64,000 bases of DNA from Candidatus Latescibacterota bacterium (GTDB lineage: Bacteria > Latescibacterota > UBA2968 > GCA-2709665). The DNA is taken from positions 1-64,000 of the forward strand of contig CAXXJS010000021.1 in NCBI GenBank assembly GCA_963662665.2. The letters run 5' to 3'. Positions within the stretch are counted from its first letter, which is position 1, and each line of letters starts with the position of its first letter. Both the position numbers and the translations under genes were made by a program. The notes under the pieces were generated by a model. That model saw only the letters and a program-made list of their open reading frames with translations. It made no database searches and was not told the origin of the DNA. Of the stretch, positions 20,701 through 29,428 are shown one piece after another.

Positions 20701-21366
20701 GACTTCGTCAAACGCGGATTCGACTATGATGCTGCCGAACTCGCCGCAGCCCGGTCGCGCCTTACAGAGATGGCTCGGTCCGGCGATAGCAAGGCGAATG
20801 AGAGACTGAGCGAAGTCAAGGCGCGCCAGCGGCGCCAGGCGGCACTCCGGGCTCGCCGGCTGGCCGAATTGCGGGCTGAATCAGACCGTGTTCGGGCCGG
20901 CCAGGTCGAGTTCCTGGTTCACGCGCTCGTTGTTCCGGCCCGGGATAGCGAAGACGCAGAACGCTACGATGCCGACGTCGAATCCATCGCCGTGGAGGTC
21001 GCCGTCAATTTTGAAGAGAGCTCAGACGCTGATGTAAAGGATGTCTCTAAACCCGAACTCGCCCGACGTGGTGGACTACCCGACTGGCCGGGATTTGACC
21101 TTCTCTCAGTTAGAACCGACGGGGAACGCCGCAGGATAGAGGTAAAGGGTCGCGCCGGAACCGGAAGTGTAGAGATGAAACATAACGAGTGGGCTAACGC
21201 CTGCATCCACCGCGAAGAATACTGGCTATACGTCGTCTTTGATTGTGCAACGCCGCGTCCGAGACTGATGCGGGTCAGGGACCCGTTCACAAGACTACTC
21301 GCCAGGGACCGTGAGTCTGTCGCTCACGTAATCACGCCGGGCGTTGTATTGGAAGCAGCCGAGTGA
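17758..21366 (+). CDS. XRE-HTH + SNF2 helicase + DUF3883 (PD-(D/E)XK) nuclease; helicase of DUF499/DUF1156 defence system
   Basis: N-terminal LTQTQFANLIGVSFASVNRWENG; ADDAGAGKT, DEAH, TATPH, TDAAGEGINLQ, QRMGRIHR; C-terminal GFDLLS...IEVKG. Confidence 0.9.
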   Translation: MSTVMPNVVPEDCGSRIKSARGVMGLTQTQFANLIGVSFASVNRWENGQSRPNKLAWQRIVELEREAASSQDVGQDDSAATPATAPVLDFAADPNAVSVLAEAHRLAWGHLFNPTFATETSSIDPLPHQRIAVYETMLKQAPLRFLLADDAGAGKTIMTGLYVREMLSRGLVRRVLIVPPAGLVGNWEREMQTLFRLQFRIVHGADARSGNPFAGPDSDLVIVSVDTLAGKGMFAQLRNQDTDGYDLVVFDEAHKLSAHREPGYRVRRTDRYRLAEAIAAAESDNSAWTLPWFAQHLLLLTATPHMGKDYPYFALWRLLLPETLTTQDAFDEFSPDSRSKHFLRRTKEEMVHFDGSALYPQRNCDTLSYVLSQGPGSEQELYDETTDYIRFFYNKARQLNRSAARLAMSVFQRRLASSTYALMRSFERREEKLAALIDAIRVGSVTEEQLAGQQRRLDALDDEFETRTFDEDTGTGEAIERDEAFEGQALNGTVAVSLSELEDERQRVEALLNKSRQRLETGEESKFEKLREVLRDPSYANEKFIIFTEHRDTAVFLVRRLEGLGFTGRVALIHGGLRYQDRERQVEFFRRPATEGGASYLVATDAAGEGINLQFCWLMVNYDIPWNPARLEQRMGRIHRYGQQHDPVVIVNLVAGGTREGRVLKTLLDKLEAMRRQLHSDKVFDVVGRLFAGVSIREYLEQAVTQDAEAAASRLEGDLTVEQVEALKQKERSLFGEGGDVRRRLARLNKETEQETFRRLLPGFVRRFVAKAATLLNLRVDGDLEETFALVPDRPRAADPLLSALEIYPEAAQGQLTVYKPASREEVVWMHPGEPVFDAISASIIGRYGRDGLRGSVFIDPEASEPYLFHIARISIEEVSETAVGSGNLIDESGGRVSASRLLDSRLIGLRQSSDGNVVESPVERLLVLREADGFAPGRVTLAAAARSLLSDAERFAREDILESLLQQYQRRRFAAQPARIDFVKRGFDYDAAELAAARSRLTEMARSGDSKANERLSEVKARQRRQAALRARRLAELRAESDRVRAGQVEFLVHALVVPARDSEDAERYDADVESIAVEVAVNFEESSDADVKDVSKPELARRGGLPDWPGFDLLSVRTDGERRRIEVKGRAGTGSVEMKHNEWANACIHREEYWLYVVFDCATPRPRLMRVRDPFTRLLARDRESVAHVITPGVVLEAAE

Positions 21367-21443
21367 CGCGGGCGGCCGGAGGTCCTGGAAGAACAGGTTG
21401 CGCAATGGCTTGAAGCGCCCTTGCCAGGAAGGAGTCGTTACAA

Positions 21444-23048
21444 ATGACAACAACAGCCAGGCGTTTCTTTAACACGGCGGGTCCCATAAAGAAGGACATG
21501 CACTACCATGTCCCGCCCCTGGCGCGGCTCGACGTCGAAGACCTGATGCTGCTCATCCGCCAGGAAAAGTACTTCGTCCTGCACGCGCCGCGGCAGACGG
21601 GCAAGACGTCGGCGTTGTTCGACCTGAGGAAAGAACTCAACGCCAGCGGCGAGTTCCGCTGTTTGTACGTCAACGTCGAGGTGGGGCAGTCGGCGCGGGA
21701 AGACGTGGCCGCGGCCATGCGGGCCATCCTCGGTCAGATGGCCTCCGAGGCGGAGTACGTTTTAGACGACCCGACACTGGGAAAGATAGGTCTCGACACC
21801 TTCGAAGCGTTTGGTCCGCACCAGGCTTTCCGGGGAACCCTTGCCCGCTGGGCCGAGTCGGACGCCATGCCGCTGGTGCTGATGATCGACGAGATAGACG
21901 CGCTGATCGGCGACACTCTGCTGGCAGTGCTGCGGCAATTGCGCGCCGGCTACCCGGACCGCCCGCGCCGCTTTCCACAGAGCGTGATCCTGTGCGGCGT
22001 GCGCGACGTGCGCGACTACCGCATCCGGTCTTCCGCCGAAAACGCCATCGTCGCCGGTGGCAGCGCCTTCAACGTCCGCGCCGAGTCCCTGCGGCTCGGG
22101 GACTTCTCGCGCCGCGAAGTCGAGTCGCTGCTGGCGCAGCACACCGAGGAGACCGGCCAGGCGTTCACGAACGAGGCGCGAGGCGGCGTCTGGGAGCTGA
22201 CCCAGGGCCAGCCGTGGCTGGTCAACGCCCTGGCCTACGAAGCCTGCTTCAAGAACAAGGCCGGCCGAGACCGCAGCCAATCCATCACCGCCGACGCCGT
22301 CCAGGACGCGCGCGAGCAATTGATCCTCCGCCGCGAGACCCACTTGGATCAACTCACCGACAAGCTCCAGGAGGATCGCGTCCGCCGGGTGGTCGAACCG
22401 CTACTGACCGGTGGCGACGCAATCGACTCGATTTCAGACGACGATCTGCAGTACGTTCGCGATCTCGGTCTGTTCGCGCAGGCCGGTCCCGTCGGCATCG
22501 CCAACCCGATCTACCAAGAGGTGATCCCGCGCGCCCTCATCTACACCACCCAGGAAATGTCGATTCACCAGGACCCGGCATGGTACGTCGACGCCGCCGG
22601 CGCACTGCTGGTGGGCAGGCTGCTGGCAGCATTCCAGGTGTTCTTCCGCGAGCACTCCGAGCACTGGGTAGAGCGCTTCCAGTACAAGGAAGCCGGTCCG
22701 CAGTTACTGCTGCAGGCGTTTTTGCAGCGCATCGTCAATAGCGGCGGGCGCATCGAGCGCGAGTACGGCCTGGGCCGCCGCCGCACCGATCTGCTGCTGG
22801 TGTGGCCCGTGGGCGGGGACGCCGGCCGCACGCAGAAGGTTGTCATTGAGTGCAAGGTGCTTCACCGGGGTCTCCGGCGGACGCTGGTCGAAGGTCTAGA
22901 GCAGACGCGCGATTACATGGGCCGTTGCGCTACGGAGGAAGGGCACCTTGTGCTCTTCGACCGCGCCGAGGACAAATCGTGGGACGACAAGGTGTATCGC
23001 CGAGACGAAACCGAAGGCGGCGCGCGAGTCACGGTGTGGGGGATGTGA
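21444..23048 (+). CDS. STAND/AAA-like ATPase with C-terminal PD-(D/E)XK nuclease-like domain
   Basis: FFNTAGP, HAPRQTGKTS, MIDEID, GQPWLVN; REYGLGRRRTDLL...IECK. Confidence 0.85.
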   Translation: MTTTARRFFNTAGPIKKDMHYHVPPLARLDVEDLMLLIRQEKYFVLHAPRQTGKTSALFDLRKELNASGEFRCLYVNVEVGQSAREDVAAAMRAILGQMASEAEYVLDDPTLGKIGLDTFEAFGPHQAFRGTLARWAESDAMPLVLMIDEIDALIGDTLLAVLRQLRAGYPDRPRRFPQSVILCGVRDVRDYRIRSSAENAIVAGGSAFNVRAESLRLGDFSRREVESLLAQHTEETGQAFTNEARGGVWELTQGQPWLVNALAYEACFKNKAGRDRSQSITADAVQDAREQLILRRETHLDQLTDKLQEDRVRRVVEPLLTGGDAIDSISDDDLQYVRDLGLFAQAGPVGIANPIYQEVIPRALIYTTQEMSIHQDPAWYVDAAGALLVGRLLAAFQVFFREHSEHWVERFQYKEAGPQLLLQAFLQRIVNSGGRIEREYGLGRRRTDLLLVWPVGGDAGRTQKVVIECKVLHRGLRRTLVEGLEQTRDYMGRCATEEGHLVLFDRAEDKSWDDKVYRRDETEGGARVTVWGM

Positions 23049-23241
23049 GTTTCTGTGACGTGGAAACCCGGCGTCAATCCTTTTCCGGAGACGCAGACAT
23101 CGAGCCATTGCATGGGACAACGGGTCTGGAGTACCACGGTATCGAAGTCGATCCGCTCATCCAACGACTGAAGAAACTGCAGGACGTGCGGCGAAGGAGG
23201 CCCTGGACGTAATCGAAATATAGAGAATCGCGGAGTAGCAG

Positions 23242-23498
23242 GTGAGTACGGTAACAGCATTATAGCAATGAGGAGATCGCTCGACGCGGTCGGGCGATCT
23301 GCGAGAAACGAGTGACGCCGCAGTAGGAGAAAGGCAACGGAGGCAGGATTGTGGCGACTGATATTCAGACGGAGGTATGAGTCTGCGATAGCGGGCGACC
23401 CACTTGCCGCCTTCGACCAACTCTATAAGCGTTATCCAGACGCAAAGTCGTGGTTATTCCGATTCGGGTACCGTGCGCGACATCGGTTCGGGCTGTAA
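23242..23498 (+). pseudogene. Decayed small conserved protein gene
   Basis: Fragments YSNEEIARRGRAI, GRIVATDI, YPDAKSWLFRFGYRARHRFG broken by stops and frameshifts; resembles, from recall, a small protein common in TA-rich loci. Confidence 0.5.
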
Positions 23499-23578
23499 CA
23501 TCCTCCTTTTAGCAAATTACCTTCGACTTTGTTTCACCAAATAGAACTCTGTCATTCGACACTCTCTGAATTAGATGG

Positions 23579-25372
23579 TTGGAAGCAAAAACACTATCGG
23601 AGCTTTCCACAATGGAAAATGAAACTCGCCACAGCGACACTACGGTGATTCATTGCTTGGATCTGCCAGATGATTCTCCTGCAGTCTCATTCGAAAGTAT
23701 CACCTTTTCGGACGGAACCAAGGTTACTCTCGACTCCACAGACGTTGTGGTTTTTGTGGGACCCAACAATGCCGGGAAAAGTCTGGCGCTTCGAGAACTT
23801 GAGAATCAATTTGACAATCCCATAGAGACGATCGTTATAAAGTCCACCGAAAAACATACAACCGGTTCAGCAGAGCATTTCGTCACGTTTGTTTACAAGC
23901 ACTTGCGGGTAACAGCCGAGGGGTCATCTCGCTTGTTTTCCGGGTATCGTTTTTCATTTTCCACGTCTGACGATATTGAAAGCCATTGGCCTAGCGGCAT
24001 GAGTCTGTTTAAGTCATTATTCTGTACGCGACTCTCAACAGAGACGCGTATAACAGACAGTAATCCAGTGAACGCGATTGCTGTTCTCGACGAACCACCA
24101 GCCCATCCTATACATATGTTGTATTCAGACGATCTACTAGAACGCAGGATTAGTGGGTATTTCCGACGAGGATTTGGTGAAGACCTTGTAGTCTTCCATG
24201 CCGGTGGCGGAACCATCCCACTATTCGTTGGAAAACGTCCTGAATTGGCACGAGATGAGCAACGTATTTCTCGTCGCTACAGCGAACGACTACGCAGCTC
24301 AATGGTTCCCCTGAACGAGCAGGGAGATGGAATGCGAAGCTTTGCAAGTGTTGTATTGCATTTACTGTCCCCGATTACCTTTTCCATTCTGCTACTTGAT
24401 GAGCCGGAGGCGTTTCTGCATCCGCCGCAGGCTCGGCTGCTTGGAGAATTAATCGCCACCGAAAAATCCTCTCGTGCTCAGCTATTTGTGGCAACGCACA
24501 GTCCGGACGTACTTCACGGTTTAATTAATGTCTCCCCCGAGCACCTTCGCGTGTTGAGAATGCAGCGCGACGGAAACGTCAATCGCGTTAAGGAATTGGA
24601 CAAGGAATACGTTAAAAAGATAAGTGCCGATCCGTTAATGAAGTATTCATCTGTTATGGCCGGTGTCTTCCATGAACGTGTGATCATATGTGAGGCCGAT
24701 GCCGATTGCATGTTTTACAGTTCCCTTTTGGATCTGCCTGAAGTTCACGGGGATCGTCAACCTGATGTGCTTTTTGTACATGCTAACGGCAAGGACCGAA
24801 TGGCTACACTGGCTTCGACACTAGTGGCACTTGACGTTCCGGTGGATGTGGTTGCCGACATAGACATTCTCAATGATTTGAATGTCTTAAAAGGCGTCAT
24901 TAAGGCACTTGATGGAGATTGGGGGGTCGTGGAACCGATGGCGACGGCACTTAAGAAATCGATAGAGGAACACAAGCCTTGGCTTACTCTCGACGAGATT
25001 AAGAAAGGAATAACAAGCGCGATCGACAAGGAACCATCAAACGGTGAGTCCGTGAAACAATTTCGCTCAAGAATAAACGCAATTTTCCGCCAAGCCTCAC
25101 CTTGGGATCCGGTTAAGAATGCAGGTGAAGCCGCTCTTCCGCCAGGTCGGGCGACACAAGAGTTCCAAGACCTGCAGGGGCTTTGTAAAGGAATGGGCCT
25201 ATGGATATTGCCCGTTGGCGAAATGGAGGGTTTCTGTAAGGCTATTGGTGGACATGGTCCAAGTTGGGTTCGGCAAGTTATTGAACAGCGAGACCTCGCA
25301 AATGCTCCTGACCTCGAGGGTGTCCGCATATTCGTGCGCGAGATATGGGAAAGCAAGCGGGAGAATAGATAA
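23579..25372 (+). CDS. OLD-family ABC ATPase-TOPRIM nuclease
   Basis: GPNNAGKS, QGDGMR, LLLDEPEAFLHP, ATHS; TOPRIM IICEADAD and VADID; stop overlaps DUF1156 start (TAATG). Confidence 0.85.
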   Translation: MEAKTLSELSTMENETRHSDTTVIHCLDLPDDSPAVSFESITFSDGTKVTLDSTDVVVFVGPNNAGKSLALRELENQFDNPIETIVIKSTEKHTTGSAEHFVTFVYKHLRVTAEGSSRLFSGYRFSFSTSDDIESHWPSGMSLFKSLFCTRLSTETRITDSNPVNAIAVLDEPPAHPIHMLYSDDLLERRISGYFRRGFGEDLVVFHAGGGTIPLFVGKRPELARDEQRISRRYSERLRSSMVPLNEQGDGMRSFASVVLHLLSPITFSILLLDEPEAFLHPPQARLLGELIATEKSSRAQLFVATHSPDVLHGLINVSPEHLRVLRMQRDGNVNRVKELDKEYVKKISADPLMKYSSVMAGVFHERVIICEADADCMFYSSLLDLPEVHGDRQPDVLFVHANGKDRMATLASTLVALDVPVDVVADIDILNDLNVLKGVIKALDGDWGVVEPMATALKKSIEEHKPWLTLDEIKKGITSAIDKEPSNGESVKQFRSRINAIFRQASPWDPVKNAGEAALPPGRATQEFQDLQGLCKGMGLWILPVGEMEGFCKAIGGHGPSWVRQVIEQRDLANAPDLEGVRIFVREIWESKRENR

Positions 25373-28300
25373 TGACCACCAACGACAAACGCCTAATCGA
25401 AGTCGCCTTTCCACTTAAACAGGTCTCCCTGGACTCTGTCCACGAGAAGAACGTGCGGCACGGGCATATTTCCACGTTGCATATCTGGCCGGCGAGGAGG
25501 CCGTTGGCGGCGTGCCGCGCTGCCCTGATCGCGACGTTGCTTCCCGATCCAGGTGATGCAGACACGCGAAACGAGATCTTGGAGCGTATGGCTGGCCGCA
25601 TAATTGAGAAGATCGAACGCAAAAGGATAAACGGCCGTTTGGTTGAGAGGGTCAAAGAGGAAACGATTGGCGGCATCCTTCGCTGGAAGCGCGAGAGCGG
25701 TTCTGACATCACGTGGTTTCGTGACGAGATTCGCAAGGCGTACGGCGGGCGGGCACCTAAAGTGCTGGACCCGTTCGCCGGCGGCGGCGCTATTCCACTT
25801 GAAGCCATGCGCCTCGGTTGCGACGTGACGGCCATGGACATCAATCCGGTCGCCTGGTTCATTCTCAAGTGCACCCTCGAATATCCACAGAAACTCGCCG
25901 GGCAGACCCGCCTACTTCCCGACTTTGCGCTGGAGGACGCTGAATACATTGAAGCGTTCTTGAAGGCGAAAGGGTTTAAAGGTGCGAGCTTGCGGACGTT
26001 TATGGAGCGCCTCGGCCACGGCGATGGCGGCGAAATCCAGCTCAGTGCCCTCGTTCGCGAAGATGCTACGCTGGAAGCGGACCTCGCGTGGCACGTGCGC
26101 GCCTGGGGCCGGTGGGTCTTGGCAAGAGCACGCAAGGAACTGGCTTCGAATTACCCGACCTATGCCGAGTTAGAGCCGCTGGAACTGGGCAGGAAGTTCA
26201 AGTCACACCCCATTCGGCTGCTGGAGATCGACAATGACGGGGTTCCACAACTCGATCCGCTCAATGCACGGTTCGCCGCGGGCTATCTCAGTGATCCGCG
26301 CAATCCGAGATGGATTGCAAAGCCGACTGTGGCATACCTATGGGCGCGCACCGTTGTCTGCAAACAGTGCCGCGCCACGCTGCCGCTGCTCAAGACGCGC
26401 TGGTTGTGCAAGAAGGACCATAAGCGCGTGCTGCTGACCATGGAGCCTGTGGTCAGTGGTCTGCGGTCAGTGACCGATGACCAGTCCCCGCTACCCCACT
26501 CTGACGAACGGCGGGGCGGACAGACCACCGATCGCAAGCCATTGGCCACTGTGGTTTTCGGCGTGGAGCGCGATGTCCCGAAAAACGGCGGCAACGCGGC
26601 GCAACGGCGGGAGCACGACAAGCGCATCGGAGCGGGTACTATGTCCCGTACCGGCGCAACCTGTCCGTCCTGCGGCACGATAATGACCATGGAAGATATC
26701 CGCTTCGAAGGCCGCGCCGGTCGGTTGGGCGCGGTAATGACGGCCGTCGTGGTAGACGGGCGGAAGGGCAAGGAATATCGCTTACCAAAGGACCATGAGC
26801 GGGTGGTAGCTGAAGTAACTGAAGAAAAGCTTCATGCGCTCTTTGCAGACATCCCGTTCGGGTTGCCGGAAGAACCGCTGGCGAGCAAGGAGGCTCTCGG
26901 GTTCCGTGTTCCGCTGTACGGATTCGACGCCTGGCGGAAGCTGTTTACGAATCGGCAGTTGATGGCGATTGGTTCTTTCGTTCTTGCCGTTCGGGGACTC
27001 ATGCAGGAGCATGACGGGTCGCCTGAGAGTTGGCGCGAGGGGCTGTTTGCAAGTCTTATGCTCGTGAATGATCGATTGGCGGATTATTCGAGCGCGATCT
27101 GCTCCTGGCACAACGGAAGAGAGACTATCGGTCATACCTTTGCGCGCTTTGCCCTTCCGATTGTGTGGGATTATACCGAAGTTAATCCGTTGTCGAACTC
27201 CTCCGGAAATTATCTCGGTGCGCTTGATTGGGTCTCACGCTTTATCGCTCATGCGCTCCAAGCAGCTCATTCGGCGGAAACGACAACCGTGAAGAATTCC
27301 AGCGCGACCGGAATAACGGGGAAATACGACGCCATCGTAACCGACCCACCGTACTACGACGCCATTCCGTATTCCGACCTCATGGATTTCTTCTATGTTT
27401 GGCTGAGGCGCTCGACTTCGGGGTTGTCCGCCGAATTCAAGGCGGCGTTCAGTAATGTCCTTGGCCCCAAATGGAATCATAGCACCGATGACGGCGAACT
27501 CATTGACGACGCCAGTAGATTCGATGGAGACAAAGAACGATCCAGGCGAAATTATGAAGACGGAATGGCTCGCTCGTTCCGATCTTGTCATGCCGCGTTG
27601 CGGCCAGACGGGCGGCTCATAGTCGTATTCGCCAACAAACAGCCCGAGGCATGGGAGACGCTGGTCGCCGCATTGATCCGAGCCGGTTTCGTCGTCGACG
27701 GATCATGGCCCATCCAGACCGAGATGGGTACCAGGACTCGCGCGATGGCCTCCGCCGCGTTATCATCATCCGTCTGGATTGTCTGCCAGAAACGCACTGC
27801 CATCCGCCCTGGATGGGACAATAATGTTCTAAGAGAAATGCGCAAGAATATCACCCAGAGGCTCCACGACTTCTGGGACGCAGGCATCCGCGGCCCTGAC
27901 TTCGTTTGGGCCGCGACCGGCCCGGCCTTAGAAGCCTTTAGCAAGTACCCGGTCGTCAAGAAAGCAAACGACCCTAACCAGTTAATGACCGTCTCGGAGT
28001 TTCTGCGCGAGGTGCGTCGCATGGTCGTTGATTTCGTCGTCGGTCGCGTGCTAACTCAGGAAGAAGATCAGGAAGCAGCGACGGGCCTCGACGATGTGAC
28101 CACGTACTATATTCTTCATCGCCACGACTTTGGAACGGCGGAAGCTCCGGTGGGGGGATGCATTCTATATGCCCTGTCTTGCAACCTTTCCGATACAGCT
28201 TTGGTCAAGCAGCACGACATTCTCGCGCAATCGGGCAAGAGCGGAACGGGCGACGAACTGGAAGAGAGCGAGACAATTGAGGACGCGGACCAGTCCGGCA

Positions 28301-28650
28301 GCGGCGCAAAAGTCAAACTCAAGTCCTGGAGTCGCCGTAAGGGCCGCAATCTCGGACTTGAAACCCATGGCGGTCACCCCGTACCACTAATCGACCAGTT
28401 ACACAAACTAATGCACCTCTGGCGCGCTGGCGACCAGGTCAAAGTTGACGACTACCTGGACACCCGCGGTCTCCAGCGCAACGCCCTCTTCAATCAAATA
28501 CTTCAGGCCATCATCGAATTGGCCGACGCCGGATCCGACGAGCGCTCCATACTGGAGGCCTTGAGCAATCACGTCGCGGCGCGAGGTGATGTCGGAACAC
28601 CACAGCAGAGTCGGTTGCAATTCGGAAAGAAAACGGATGGCAATGGATAA
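25372..28650 (+). CDS. DUF1156 amino-(adenine) DNA methyltransferase
   Basis: RLIEVAFP, HIWPARRPLAACRA, DPFAGGG (motif I), TDPPYY (motif IV), CKQC/CPSC zinc ribbon. Confidence 0.9.
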   Translation: MTTNDKRLIEVAFPLKQVSLDSVHEKNVRHGHISTLHIWPARRPLAACRAALIATLLPDPGDADTRNEILERMAGRIIEKIERKRINGRLVERVKEETIGGILRWKRESGSDITWFRDEIRKAYGGRAPKVLDPFAGGGAIPLEAMRLGCDVTAMDINPVAWFILKCTLEYPQKLAGQTRLLPDFALEDAEYIEAFLKAKGFKGASLRTFMERLGHGDGGEIQLSALVREDATLEADLAWHVRAWGRWVLARARKELASNYPTYAELEPLELGRKFKSHPIRLLEIDNDGVPQLDPLNARFAAGYLSDPRNPRWIAKPTVAYLWARTVVCKQCRATLPLLKTRWLCKKDHKRVLLTMEPVVSGLRSVTDDQSPLPHSDERRGGQTTDRKPLATVVFGVERDVPKNGGNAAQRREHDKRIGAGTMSRTGATCPSCGTIMTMEDIRFEGRAGRLGAVMTAVVVDGRKGKEYRLPKDHERVVAEVTEEKLHALFADIPFGLPEEPLASKEALGFRVPLYGFDAWRKLFTNRQLMAIGSFVLAVRGLMQEHDGSPESWREGLFASLMLVNDRLADYSSAICSWHNGRETIGHTFARFALPIVWDYTEVNPLSNSSGNYLGALDWVSRFIAHALQAAHSAETTTVKNSSATGITGKYDAIVTDPPYYDAIPYSDLMDFFYVWLRRSTSGLSAEFKAAFSNVLGPKWNHSTDDGELIDDASRFDGDKERSRRNYEDGMARSFRSCHAALRPDGRLIVVFANKQPEAWETLVAALIRAGFVVDGSWPIQTEMGTRTRAMASAALSSSVWIVCQKRTAIRPGWDNNVLREMRKNITQRLHDFWDAGIRGPDFVWAATGPALEAFSKYPVVKKANDPNQLMTVSEFLREVRRMVVDFVVGRVLTQEEDQEAATGLDDVTTYYILHRHDFGTAEAPVGGCILYALSCNLSDTALVKQHDILAQSGKSGTGDELEESETIEDADQSGSGAKVKLKSWSRRKGRNLGLETHGGHPVPLIDQLHKLMHLWRAGDQVKVDDYLDTRGLQRNALFNQILQAIIELADAGSDERSILEALSNHVAARGDVGTPQQSRLQFGKKTDGNG
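26449..26549. repeat. Palindromic heptamer-based element inside the methyltransferase ORF, in frame
   Basis: GTGGTCAGTGGTCTGCGGTCAGTG pairs imperfectly with CACCGATCGCAAGCCATTGGCCAC; inner CCCCGC/GCGGGG stem; CTGTGGT repeated 102 bp apart. Confidence 0.6.
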
Positions 28651-29131
28651 GAAAACGGTATACATCGAGACCTCGATCGTGTCATATTTGACAGCTCGAC
28701 CTACGAGGGATCTGCTGGCGTCTGCCTGGCAAATGATCACGGTTGAGTGGTGGGAAACACAGAGAAACCGATTCAGTCTTTACACCTCTGATGTTGCGCT
28801 TGAAGAGGCTGGAAAGGGCAACATCGAGGCGGCGGCGCGATGTCTTGATGCGTTATCCAGTATATCCATATTGCCCATTACGGGGAGCGTCGTTGCGTTG
28901 TCCAAAGTGCTTCTCCCGGGAAAAGCCGTGCCCGCCAGGGCCCTGGACGATGCCCTGCATATTGCCGTGTCCGCGGTACACGGCATTGATTATCTTTTGA
29001 TCTGGAACTGTCGGCATCTTGATAATGCCGAAACCAAACCCGTCGTGCGCAGCATTTGTAGCATACACGGGCATACCAGTCCCGAAATATGCACCCCTCA
29101 AGAACTTATGGGAGTAGCTGAAGATGTCTGA
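28643..29131 (+). CDS. PIN-domain (VapC-like) toxin
   Basis: VYIETSIVSYL, DALHIA, WNCRHL, ICTP; start overlaps end of DUF1156 gene. Confidence 0.88.
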   Translation: MDKKTVYIETSIVSYLTARPTRDLLASAWQMITVEWWETQRNRFSLYTSDVALEEAGKGNIEAAARCLDALSSISILPITGSVVALSKVLLPGKAVPARALDDALHIAVSAVHGIDYLLIWNCRHLDNAETKPVVRSICSIHGHTSPEICTPQELMGVAEDV

Positions 29132-29314
29132 CAAAATCATCGAGGAACTCTGGCAGATCAAAGACAGCATCGCGCGGGAACATGACTATGATATCGAGTC
29201 CCTTGTTGCCCATCTCCAAACCAAACAGCGGTCGACGGATCGGCAAGTAGTGGATCTGAGTGCCTTGAGACGGACCGCGGACCAGGGCGCTTCAGGAGCG
29301 CCAGACAAGCCGCG
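28929..29314 (+). repeat. Direct repeat B, copy 1 (PIN 3' half plus partner)
   Basis: 386 bp, colinear with 53826-54211. Confidence 0.9.
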
Positions 29315-29339
29315 TCCCGAAAGCTTGGTCGGGGGTTAG
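29124..29339 (+). CDS. Small putative antitoxin partner of PIN toxin
   Basis: 71 aa, overlaps PIN stop; D-IIEEL..IK...A-EHDYD pattern; second copy at 54021. Confidence 0.65.
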   Translation: MSDKIIEELWQIKDSIAREHDYDIESLVAHLQTKQRSTDRQVVDLSALRRTADQGASGAPDKPRPESLVGG

Positions 29340-29428
29340 GAAAAATCTCTTTCCGATGTACTTATTCTATGAATGCGTGAGCCTGTCGAAGCCAAGTAGC
29401 GATTGAATAGCCAACTGGAGAGAGTCAG

